A DNA stretch of 53,034 bases, from positions 1-53,034 of the forward strand of contig JAIXKU010000215.1 of NCBI GenBank assembly GCA_026936045.1. The letters are read 5' to 3'. Shown piece after piece: positions 7,516 to 15,924 of the stretch; position 1 is the first letter of the stretch; each line of letters begins with the position of its first letter. Both the position numbers and the translations under genes were made by a program. The notes under the pieces were generated by a model. It was not told the origin of the DNA. It saw only the letters and a program-made list of their open reading frames with translations, and made no database searches. Source of the DNA: Flavobacteriales bacterium. Lineage in GTDB: Bacteria > Bacteroidota > Bacteroidia > CAIKAF01.

Positions 7516-9347
7516 GTAAAAAATCGGAACCTATACGCGCCTTGGTAATAGGGCTTGGTCCTGTTGGCATGATACTTTCCGTCAAGCTTCAGCAGGCCGG
7601 TTGTCATGTGGCACTCTGTGAAGCCAACGAAAACAAGGCTGAGAAGATAAAAACAGATGGCATTATCTTAGAAAACGTATTCAATGAGAAAGCCCATTTT
7701 GAAGATGTTTATACACGCATAGAAGATGCCAAAGATTTTGATGCCGATTATATATTCTTTGCTTTAAAGACAACTCATACACCGGATGCTGTCAAGAAAG
7801 CTGAATCATTCATTACATCTAAAACAATAGCTGTTTCTGTTCAAAATGGCATTGATACAGAACTTATGCTCGTTGCCGGTTTTGGAGAAAACAGAACACT
7901 GCGTATGGTAGTAAACTATGCCGGTAATACCACATCTCATAATACAACAAGAGTTACGTTCTTTACACCGCCTAATTATATTGGAAGTATTAATGATGTT
8001 GCTAAAGACAGAGCCGCTGAATTAGCGTCAATTCTTACCGGCGCCGGACTTGAAACCAAAGATGTCTCTTCCTTTGAGCTGATGAAGCGCATATGGGAAA
8101 AGACCATTCTTAATACCTCGCTCAGCGCACTGTGTGGTGTAAGCCGTCTTACAATGGCTGAAGCCATGACAGACCGAGATACACTTGAACTTATTGAACA
8201 AATCATTCAGGAGGGTATTGAAGTGGCTCGCGCAGAAAGAATCATCTTCCCCGATGAATTCTTGCGTCAATGTATGCGCTATCTGAAGAAAGGAGGCGAT
8301 CACTTCCCATCTTTGGCTGTCGATCTAATAAATAATCGTCCTACAGAAATAGATTTTCTAAATGGAAAGATTGTTGAATATGGCAGAAAGCATTATATAC
8401 GCACTACACTCAACTTAGCAATGACCAATATGGTTAAGGCTATGACAAGCAAAAATATTTTATCCCGTGTACCCGGTGCTGCAGGCGATATCACTAAGAA
8501 GATAATCGAGAAAGGCATAGTTGACAAAAATATTCTGCCGGCTCAATTAAAATCCGTATCGGCCTACTTAGGTATAGACCTGGGTTCTGCTTATACCAAG
8601 TTCAGTGTGATTGATGAAAATGGGAAAACACTTTTCAGGTATTTCCTTCCTACACTTAGCAGCGATAAGCAGACACGAATTCAGGTCATGCAGGCCATCG
8701 CGTCCAGCTTTAATGTTCAATACAGCTGTGCTACCGGCTACGGCCGCAAGCATTTTACCGAAACAGATATTGTTAAAACAGAAATAAACTGCGCTGCGGC
8801 AGGTGTTTCTTTTACTTATCCCGGAGAGAAAAATATTATTGACATTGGTGGAGAGGATATCAAAGTTATCCGTTGTGATGCGGATAATAATGTATTGAAT
8901 TTCTATATGAATGATAAATGTGCCGCCGGCACCGGTTCCTTTCTTTCCGAAATTGCCGAACGAGCCAATATCAATATCAGCGAGATGAGTGGGTTGGCAT
9001 CCTTATCAACATACGATAAAGAACTTAATAGCTTCTGCACCGTATTTGCCAAAACCGAAATCATGAACTGGATCTTTGATGGCATGTCATTGCAAGATAT
9101 TGCCAGAGGTATTTATATCTCTATCGCCAACAAGGTTGCAAAAATGCGCTTAGATCCAGGTATCCCGACCTATATGATAGGTGGTGTCATTGCCCATCAT
9201 CCGTATTTAAAAACATTGCTGGCTGAAAAATTCAATAAGAAGATTGAGATTATGGATCATCCACAATTTATCGTCTCTCATGGCGCTGCGGTTATAGCCA
9301 TGCAAACCCACCAGAAAAAGAATAAACAATCTGCTGTAACGGCATAG
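7512..9347 (+). CDS. Fusion protein: N-terminal 2-dehydropantoate reductase-like (PanE/ApbA) domain + C-terminal BcrAD_BadFG activase-type ATPase domain
   Basis: aa 8-312 (nt 7533-8447): Rossmann VIGLGPVG, WEKTILN, SLAVDLINNRPTEIDFLNGKIVEYG (PanE/ApbA C-terminal signature). aa 351-611 (nt 8562-9347): YLGIDLGSAYTKF, ATGYGR, DIGGEDIK, Cys motifs NDKCAAGTGSFL and NSFCTVFAKTE. One uninterrupted 611-aa frame. The ATG overlaps the upstream stop (ATGA). Confidence 0.8.
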   Translation: MSKKSEPIRALVIGLGPVGMILSVKLQQAGCHVALCEANENKAEKIKTDGIILENVFNEKAHFEDVYTRIEDAKDFDADYIFFALKTTHTPDAVKKAESFITSKTIAVSVQNGIDTELMLVAGFGENRTLRMVVNYAGNTTSHNTTRVTFFTPPNYIGSINDVAKDRAAELASILTGAGLETKDVSSFELMKRIWEKTILNTSLSALCGVSRLTMAEAMTDRDTLELIEQIIQEGIEVARAERIIFPDEFLRQCMRYLKKGGDHFPSLAVDLINNRPTEIDFLNGKIVEYGRKHYIRTTLNLAMTNMVKAMTSKNILSRVPGAAGDITKKIIEKGIVDKNILPAQLKSVSAYLGIDLGSAYTKFSVIDENGKTLFRYFLPTLSSDKQTRIQVMQAIASSFNVQYSCATGYGRKHFTETDIVKTEINCAAAGVSFTYPGEKNIIDIGGEDIKVIRCDADNNVLNFYMNDKCAAGTGSFLSEIAERANINISEMSGLASLSTYDKELNSFCTVFAKTEIMNWIFDGMSLQDIARGIYISIANKVAKMRLDPGIPTYMIGGVIAHHPYLKTLLAEKFNKKIEIMDHPQFIVSHGAAVIAMQTHQKKNKQSAVTA

Positions 9348-9457
9348 CATAAGACCATTCCCGACTTGAGAAAACAAGTCCTTATACAGGTTACAGACGA
9401 AAAAAAATAAATGCTTAGCATGTGTTCAAATATCATCCGAAGCTCAAAAAAAACGAC

Positions 9458-9465
9458 TAATTTTG
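9458..9465 (+). promoter_or_regulatory. Candidate Bacteroidota -7 promoter box (TAATTTTG) upstream of the had-like gene
   Basis: Exact match to TAnnTTTG, 7 nt before the ATG at 9473. It lies in the only sizeable gap (125 nt) of the cluster. Confidence 0.3.
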
Positions 9466-9472
9466 ATGCGCT

Positions 9473-10531
9473 ATGAATAAAATACATCAATGGCAGATGA
9501 CTGCCTTAAAAACCCCTTTCTCTCTTGTCAGTTCTGATATGCCGACTATTCAATCCAATGAAGCATTGGTAAAAGTGGCCGGTTGCGGTGTCTGTCATAC
9601 CGATATCAGTTTTTGGAATGACGGTGTACGTACAAAAAAAGACTTACCCCTTACATTAGGTCATGAAATCAGTGGAATCGTTCTTGACGGGCCTGAGCAT
9701 CTCAAAGGGAAGAATGTTATCATTCCTGCTGTTTTACCCTGCGGTGAATGCGACTTATGTAAGAAAGGACGAAGCAATATTTGCCAAAATCAGTTGATGC
9801 CCGGCAATGATTTTCATGGTGGTTTTGCCTCCCATATCGTGGTGCCGCATAAATATTTATGTCCTGTACCCGATTCTGTTCTACAAAAATATGCGCTTGA
9901 GCAGCTTGCCGTAATTGCCGATGCCATCTCTACACCTTATCAGGTGATAAAAAAATCAGAGTTGGAGCCCGGTGATTTAGCTATCGTCATTGGCGTGGGT
10001 GGAGTAGGTGTGTACGGCGCCTTAATCGCTAAGATTATGGGAGCTAAAGTTTTGGCTATCGACATTAGTGATGAAAAATTAGAAGCCGCTAAACGTAATG
10101 GCGTGGATGCTACACTTAACTCTAAAGGCATGGATATAAAAGAGATTAAGAATCAGGTAAAAGTTATTGCACAAAACCTGGGCGCTCCCAAATACGGTTG
10201 GAAAATTTTTGAAATATCCGGCACAGCTCCAGGACAGGAGTTGGCCTTCAACCTCATTACGTTTACATCCACATTGAGCATTGTTGGCTTTACAATGACA
10301 AAACCCGATGTCAGACTTAGTAATCTGATGGCGTTTGATGCAAAACTTATAGGCACATGGGGTTGTAAACCCGAGTTATACCCGGAAGTAGTGGCATTGA
10401 TTGATTCAGGAAAATTAAAAATCAATGATTTTGTACAAATATTTCCAATGTCTAAAATTAATGACGTGTTTGCCGACACCTTGGCTCATAAGTTTGATAA
10501 GCGCTCAGTACTCGTTCCTGATTTTAATTAA
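9473..10531 (+). CDS. had: Zn-dependent medium-chain alcohol dehydrogenase, 6-hydroxycyclohex-1-ene-1-carbonyl-CoA dehydrogenase (Had)-like
   Basis: Catalytic Zn motif VAGCGVCHTD...GHEISG, structural Zn CGECDLCKKGRSNIC, NAD fold VIGVGGVGVYG. Sits immediately upstream of the Oah- and Dch-like genes. Confidence 0.65.
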   Translation: MNKIHQWQMTALKTPFSLVSSDMPTIQSNEALVKVAGCGVCHTDISFWNDGVRTKKDLPLTLGHEISGIVLDGPEHLKGKNVIIPAVLPCGECDLCKKGRSNICQNQLMPGNDFHGGFASHIVVPHKYLCPVPDSVLQKYALEQLAVIADAISTPYQVIKKSELEPGDLAIVIGVGGVGVYGALIAKIMGAKVLAIDISDEKLEAAKRNGVDATLNSKGMDIKEIKNQVKVIAQNLGAPKYGWKIFEISGTAPGQELAFNLITFTSTLSIVGFTMTKPDVRLSNLMAFDAKLIGTWGCKPELYPEVVALIDSGKLKINDFVQIFPMSKINDVFADTLAHKFDKRSVLVPDFN

Positions 10532-10557
10532 TTAAAAAATAAAACTAGATAGCAACT

Positions 10558-11661
10558 ATGGAAGCATTAAACAATCACAATCTTGTTGAAGGGTATAATT
10601 ATACCGAGATTTTATTTGAGAAGAGACCTTGTCTCAATACCGACGGTACACCCGTTAACGGGTTGTATAATGCCTGGATTATTCTGAATAATCCTAATCA
10701 GTACAACTCTTATACAACAAAGGCTGTCAAAGAGATTATTTTAGCATTTGGTGAAGCTTCCAATGACAGAAGCGTAGTAGCGGTTGTCTTTACCGCAGTG
10801 GGCGATAAGGCTTTCTGTACGGGAGGTAATACAAAAGAATATGCAGAATATTATGCCGGTAATCCGCAAGAATATTCACAGTACATGCGCCTATTCAATG
10901 ATATGGTTTCGGCTATTCTTAAATGCGAAAAACCGGTTGTTTGTAGAGTAAACGGTATGCGTATCGGAGGTGGGCAAGAGATTGGCATGGCTGCCGATTT
11001 TACTGTTTCTTCAGATATGGCTAGATTTGGACAGGCAGGCCCTAAACACGGCAGTGCCGCTATTGGTGGCGCTACCGATTTTCTGCATCTGTTTATAGGT
11101 ATTGAGCGCGCTATGAACTCTTTAACGCTTTGCGAACCTTGGACGGCTCATCAGGCATTCCATTTAGGCCTGATTACAGATATCGCACCCGTTCTGAAAC
11201 TAGATGGGAAATTTATTCCCAATCCATTGGTTGTGCTTGATAAATATGCTGACGAGTACGGGAAACCTATCTTCGGCTCCATGAAAACCGGTGAAGAATT
11301 AGCCCAAGCAAAAGCCTTGATGGCCAAAGCGGAAGTGGATCTGTCGAAATTGGATGATGCGGTCAATAAATTAATTGCGAAGTTGCTCCATACATTCCCC
11401 AATTGTACCAATAAAACACTTTCTGAAGTAAGAAAGAAGAAATTAGAACATTGGGATAAAAACAAAGAAAGCAGCAGAGAATGGTTGGCTTTGAATATGA
11501 TGACAGAAGCTAAGGCCGGATTCAGAGCCTTTAACTATGGCTCAAAGAACGACCGTGAGATTGATTTCATCAAACTTCGTCTGTTACTAGCCGAAGGGAA
11601 AGAGTGGAATGAGGCTATGCATCAAACTATTTCGCCTCAGTTCAAAACAGAAAAAGCCTAA
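10558..11661 (+). CDS. oah: 6-oxocyclohex-1-ene-1-carbonyl-CoA hydrolase (ring-cleaving crotonase, Oah/BamA)-like
   Basis: 367 aa long-form crotonase. Long stretches match what I recall of BamA/Oah proteins: YNAWIILNNPNQYNSYTT, DKAFCTGGNTKEYAEYYAG, EYSQYMRLFNDMVSAIL, CRVNGMRIGGGQEIGMAADF, FGQAGPKHGSAAIGGATDF, WLALNMM.EA..GFRAFN. Confidence 0.8.
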   Translation: MEALNNHNLVEGYNYTEILFEKRPCLNTDGTPVNGLYNAWIILNNPNQYNSYTTKAVKEIILAFGEASNDRSVVAVVFTAVGDKAFCTGGNTKEYAEYYAGNPQEYSQYMRLFNDMVSAILKCEKPVVCRVNGMRIGGGQEIGMAADFTVSSDMARFGQAGPKHGSAAIGGATDFLHLFIGIERAMNSLTLCEPWTAHQAFHLGLITDIAPVLKLDGKFIPNPLVVLDKYADEYGKPIFGSMKTGEELAQAKALMAKAEVDLSKLDDAVNKLIAKLLHTFPNCTNKTLSEVRKKKLEHWDKNKESSREWLALNMMTEAKAGFRAFNYGSKNDREIDFIKLRLLLAEGKEWNEAMHQTISPQFKTEKA

Positions 11662-11686
11662 GACAACACAAAAAACATAATTGATT

Positions 11687-12460
11687 ATGGAAAAGATTGT
11701 TTTATCCTATTCCTATAACGATAGCATTGCTCATATCTTGCTCAATGACGGAAAAGGTAACGTATTGGATAATGTTATGATGCTCGAAATTTTGGACTGT
11801 TTACAGCAGATTCAAAAACAAAACAACATCAAGCTTATCACGTTTCAGGGAGAGGGAAAACATTTCTCTTTCGGCGCCAGCGTGGAGGAGCATACTCAAG
11901 ATCTAGCGCCGGTTATGCTTCAGACTTTTCATAAAATCTTTCTGACATTAGTTGAAATGCAGGTGCCAACATTGGCCAAGATCTCCGGTCAATGCTTGGG
12001 TGGCGGGCTCGAACTAGCATTAATCTGTAATTTCCTTTTTGCTGATAAAACAGCCAAACTTGGGCAGCCGGAGATTGTACTGGGTGTGTTCCCTCCTCCA
12101 GCCTCCATTATTCTGCCGGAAAAAATCGGGTTGGCACGTGCAGAAGAATTATTGCTGACTGGCCGAACAATGGATGCTACAGAAGCCCTTCAAATGGGTT
12201 TGATAAACCATATCTTTGAAGATAAAGAAGCTTTGAATATTGGCACAAACGAATGGATTGAGAAATATATCCTTCCCAAAAGTGCTTCTTCTCTACGATT
12301 TGCCACCAAAGCAGCCAGAATTAAATTCCATCATGTGCTAAATAATTTTCTCCCACAGCTTGAAGCCTATTATACGCGTCAGCTTATGACTACACACGAT
12401 GCCAATGAAGGAATACAAGCTTTTCTTGAGAAAAGAAATCCAGACTGGAAAAACCTATAA
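11687..12460 (+). CDS. dch: Enoyl-CoA hydratase (crotonase), cyclohexa-1,5-diene-1-carbonyl-CoA hydratase (Dch)-like
   Basis: About 257 aa crotonase with FSFGASVEEH, GQCLGGGLELALICNF and GQPEIVLGVFP. Position after the oah-like gene. First ATG is at 11687 (the ORF track starts at TTG 11681). Confidence 0.6.
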   Translation: MEKIVLSYSYNDSIAHILLNDGKGNVLDNVMMLEILDCLQQIQKQNNIKLITFQGEGKHFSFGASVEEHTQDLAPVMLQTFHKIFLTLVEMQVPTLAKISGQCLGGGLELALICNFLFADKTAKLGQPEIVLGVFPPPASIILPEKIGLARAEELLLTGRTMDATEALQMGLINHIFEDKEALNIGTNEWIEKYILPKSASSLRFATKAARIKFHHVLNNFLPQLEAYYTRQLMTTHDANEGIQAFLEKRNPDWKNL

Positions 12461-12745
12461 TTCGCCCCTTGCTGATTAATTACATGCATTATACAATTCT
12501 AGCGACAGATTGTGTACACTAGTTTTTAATTTTACCTACGACCCAAGTAACAATTAATGAACTTAAGAAAGGTAATGTATATTACTTCTTATATATTTAC
12601 ATCGTGAATTGTAAATACCATAAAGAATAATTCCATCTATACCAAATGGTGATTCTCAAACTTCTTTTCATGGTACGTTTACCTGCATGTCTTAGACATT
12701 ATCGAAAACCTTTTGAGCAAAACATGCTAATTCTAATAAAGTGAT

Positions 12746-12753
12746 TATTTTTG
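12746..12753 (+). promoter_or_regulatory. Candidate -7 promoter box (TATTTTTG)
   Basis: TAnnTTTG match 15 nt upstream of the ATG at 12769, at the end of a 300-nt AT-rich intergenic region. Confidence 0.3.
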
Positions 12754-12768
12754 AGAAAATTATACTCT

Positions 12769-13074
12769 ATGGCTGGCATCATTCAAAATCTCGTTCAGTT
12801 TGGACTAACGCTTAGCTTAATGGACCGCGAAGTTTTTGTAAAAGAGGTTTCCTCTTTTTTGGAGCAATATCGCAACGACCCTGCCATGATGGAATCGGTG
12901 GCTCAAAAGCTTTACCAGTATTTGGAAGATATGAAACACCGTATGGATATGAAAGAGATAATCAGTGGCGCTCTTTCAAACCAACAAATACCGACTAAGG
13001 CTGATATTGACACATTAAAAGAGGCGATAGAGAAACTGACTGAAGAAATTAAGAAAAATAATCCCGATAAATGA
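12769..13074 (+). CDS. Small coiled-coil protein, phasin-like
   Basis: About 101 aa, helical and charged. The C-terminal IPTKADIDTLKEAIEKLTEEI resembles phasin-family tails. Its stop overlaps the downstream start (ATGA). First ATG at 12769. Confidence 0.4.
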   Translation: MAGIIQNLVQFGLTLSLMDREVFVKEVSSFLEQYRNDPAMMESVAQKLYQYLEDMKHRMDMKEIISGALSNQQIPTKADIDTLKEAIEKLTEEIKKNNPDK

Positions 13075-14726
13075 TTTGGCGAATTTGGGAATATAGACTT
13101 TACTATTTGCAGGTTATCAGAGCATTGCAAATAATCTCTATCCTTATTAAGAATGGTATTATAGAGTGGATGGGAACGAAACGGTTCCTACGTCGTTTTG
13201 TGCCGGCTAAATATTTTCATCAGGGTGTGATGCGCAGTACACCCGAGCGTATTCGTATTATACTTGAAGATCTTGGACCTACATTTGTAAAATTTGGTCA
13301 AATATTGGCTGATCGTCCTGATATGATTAATGAGCCGCTGCGCTTGGAATTTAAAAAACTTCAAAGTCGAGCACAGCCGTTGAGCGACGAGTTGGCCATA
13401 GAGCTAATAGAAAAAGAGCTAAGAGGCCCGATTAGTAATTTTTTTGAAAGCTTTGATCCCGTATGTATTGGTTCTGCCTCAATTGGTCAGGTTTATAAAG
13501 CGGTACTCAAGGACGGGTCTCCTGTTATTATTAAGATCCAAAGACCTAATATTGAAACAAAGATTAAGTCTGATCTGTATCTTATGCGCTATTTAGCTCG
13601 CAAGTTGGTTAGAGCATATCCGGGCTTGGCGGCCATTGATATTGAAGGTTTTGTAGAAGAGTTTGGTGTGATTATCATGTCGGAGATGGATTATTTTACT
13701 GAGGCGTCGAATGCACAGAGGTTCTATGATATGTTTATAGATTATCCGCCCTGTCGCATTCCTAAAGTATATAGATCTCTCTCGACAAAGCACTTGCTCG
13801 TGCTTGAATATTTGGAAGGGATAAATCCGGACCACACGGAGGAGATGCAAGCAGCCGGTATGGATACGAAGATTATAGCAGAGAATGGTACGCATATCAT
13901 CTTGAAGATGATTCTTAAACATGGCTTCTTTCACGGCGATCCACATGCAGGAAATATCTTTATTCAGCCCGGGAATGTTATAGCATTGATAGATTTTGGC
14001 ATGGTGGGCGTATTAAGGCCAAGAGAAATGAATTTTTTGGCCGGTTTTACGTTGGGTATGGCTACTCAGAATGCCAAAATGATTACGGAATCGCTCATTC
14101 TCTTATGCGGAAAGAAGTATTATCCCGAAATGGATGATTTGCAATTTTCTATTCAGGATATGCTTAATAAATATGAGCCGATACCATACGAGAAGCTGGA
14201 TTTTTCGCTTATTCTTAATGAATGTGTGCAGATCGTTATTCGCCATGAACTGCGTATTCCATCCAGTATTTATTTATTGCTTAAAACGTTGGCCAGTATT
14301 GAGAAATTCGGTAGTCGTCTTGATCCGAATATTTCGCTCAGTACAATTATTAAACCTTATGCCGAAGATCTCGTTAAACAAAAATATTCGATTAAACGTA
14401 TAGCCGGCGAACTGTTTGATACCATTCAAAGTTATGGGAAGTTAATTCGTGAATTCCCGGAAGAAATTAATGAAATATTATATCGTATTAAAGAAGGAAA
14501 ATTGATACATGAGATTAATCTCAAAGACAAATCAGCCCTCTTCGGACCGGCCAAAGATTTTAGTCAGCGTATTTCCTTAGTCATGATTCTTGGATTTATG
14601 ATTGTATGCGCTACCATTCTCATAGTATTTGATCCAGAATCAATGTTTGGCAGATTCTTATTTGGTGTCTCGGTTGTATTTTCCAGTTGGGCATTATTCC
14701 GCCTATTATTTAAAACAAAACTTTAG
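13071..14726 (+). CDS. ABC1/UbiB/AarF atypical kinase family protein
   Basis: LGPTFVKFGQILADRPD, ASIGQVYKA, VIIKIQRP, HGFFHGDPHAGNIF, IDFGMVG, plus a C-terminal TM segment. Confidence 0.85.
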   Translation: MIWRIWEYRLYYLQVIRALQIISILIKNGIIEWMGTKRFLRRFVPAKYFHQGVMRSTPERIRIILEDLGPTFVKFGQILADRPDMINEPLRLEFKKLQSRAQPLSDELAIELIEKELRGPISNFFESFDPVCIGSASIGQVYKAVLKDGSPVIIKIQRPNIETKIKSDLYLMRYLARKLVRAYPGLAAIDIEGFVEEFGVIIMSEMDYFTEASNAQRFYDMFIDYPPCRIPKVYRSLSTKHLLVLEYLEGINPDHTEEMQAAGMDTKIIAENGTHIILKMILKHGFFHGDPHAGNIFIQPGNVIALIDFGMVGVLRPREMNFLAGFTLGMATQNAKMITESLILLCGKKYYPEMDDLQFSIQDMLNKYEPIPYEKLDFSLILNECVQIVIRHELRIPSSIYLLLKTLASIEKFGSRLDPNISLSTIIKPYAEDLVKQKYSIKRIAGELFDTIQSYGKLIREFPEEINEILYRIKEGKLIHEINLKDKSALFGPAKDFSQRISLVMILGFMIVCATILIVFDPESMFGRFLFGVSVVFSSWALFRLLFKTKL

Positions 14727-14840
14727 CAGCTTAAAAATACGTAGTAATACGTATAAAATTCAGTAGTTTACACAGTAAATCTTCTACTTTTTTTGTCTTA
14801 ATTTTGTGTTAATCAAGTTTCTAATCATCTGTAACCAAAG

Positions 14841-14876
14841 GCTATCGGAATGAACTAACCTCCGGTAGCTTTTTTC
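14841..14876 (+). terminator. Rho-independent terminator after the ABC1 kinase gene
   Basis: 9-bp stem GCTATCGGA/TCCGGTAGC (one G-U pair), 11-nt loop, followed by TTTTTTC. Confidence 0.6.
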
Positions 14877-14991
14877 TTAATTTCTTTTTTCAGCTTTTTT
14901 GAGTATTTCAATTAGTTCATTCCAATCTATCCTTTCGGGACAAATCGCTTACCGACAAATTTTATGTAGGTTTGTGCATAGATTAACTGGT

Positions 14992-15924
14992 ATGACTCGT
15001 CATAATACTTGCTCGCTATATGTTATCTTATGTATTCTTTGCTTATCAGAGTTGAGTTTACATGCTCAGTTTGCTGGCCCGTTTACACCTAGAAGCGGCG
15101 GTGGATTTTTAAGTGGCATTTTTCAATATCAGTCATATAGCTCATTGCAAGTCATGAATGATACAATGAACAGAAGCTCCTTGCTTCGACCTGTTAGCCG
15201 CATGGCTTTTCGATTTAATGCTGAGTATGGGCCAATAGATAAACTCACCATCTTTATTATGTTACCCATACACATTGTATCTACAAATAATTACGAGTAT
15301 AATCCCGAATCCAATTTTACAGATACGCTTAAAAGAGGTTCGCTTACCGGATTAGGCAATCTTGAAGCCGGTGTGAAATATAAATTTTATCATAAGAAAT
15401 GGGTGATGGCAGTCTCTTTATTTGGCGAGATGAAAACCGGTACATTTGATAACCCAACGGGGTTGCGTACAGCCAATGATGCTTGGGGTATTGTACCCAT
15501 GTTTCACATAGGCCGATCATGGAAAGAGCGTTATTATTTCTTCTCGGATATTGGAGGTTGCTATCGTACAGATGGATATAGTGGTGATTGGCGGATACAG
15601 GCAGAGGGCGGTGCAAAATTTTTTAATATGCTTTGGATTAGGGCTGCTATTCAATCACGGCGTTCTTTTTACAATGGTCGTTTTGAGAATATGAATAATT
15701 TACAAACGGGCTTATATCTGAATGATCAGGAATGGCTGTCTTTGAATGCATGTGTCGAATATCAGCATAAAATAGGATTTGGCGTACAGGCCGGTATTAC
15801 CGGTTATTTCTTGGGGAATAATATACCTAAGTCTCCTGTTTTTTATGGTGGTATCTTTTATAAATGGAATTATGATTATGCTGAAGACGCTAGCTATAGA
15901 ATTGAGAAAGCGACAAGGCAGTAA
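14992..15924 (+). CDS. Putative outer-membrane beta-barrel protein, family unassigned
   Basis: Signal peptide LCLSELSLHAQ after the internal ATG at 14992 (the upstream part of the track ORF looks non-coding). Alternating aromatic/Gly-rich strands such as GLGNLEAGVKYKFY and GITGYFLG. Confidence 0.45.
   Translation: MTRHNTCSLYVILCILCLSELSLHAQFAGPFTPRSGGGFLSGIFQYQSYSSLQVMNDTMNRSSLLRPVSRMAFRFNAEYGPIDKLTIFIMLPIHIVSTNNYEYNPESNFTDTLKRGSLTGLGNLEAGVKYKFYHKKWVMAVSLFGEMKTGTFDNPTGLRTANDAWGIVPMFHIGRSWKERYYFFSDIGGCYRTDGYSGDWRIQAEGGAKFFNMLWIRAAIQSRRSFYNGRFENMNNLQTGLYLNDQEWLSLNACVEYQHKIGFGVQAGITGYFLGNNIPKSPVFYGGIFYKWNYDYAEDASYRIEKATRQ

Noticed and set aside
12461-12750. Structured RNA or terminator in the 300-nt spacer after the dch-like gene (contains the palindrome GTGTACAC)
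   Set aside because: Only short (4-8 bp) self-complementary segments are present, and there is no stable stem followed by a T-run. It most likely holds just the promoter region of the next operon.
14992-15924. Calling the beta-barrel protein a MetA-pathway/phenol-degradation-type aromatic uptake channel linked to the CoA cluster
   Set aside because: The idea is tempting because of the nearby pathway and a GLGNLEAGVKYKFY segment. However, the resemblance is too weak to assert by eye, and the gene is separated from the cluster by two unrelated genes and a terminator. It is left as an unassigned OM barrel.
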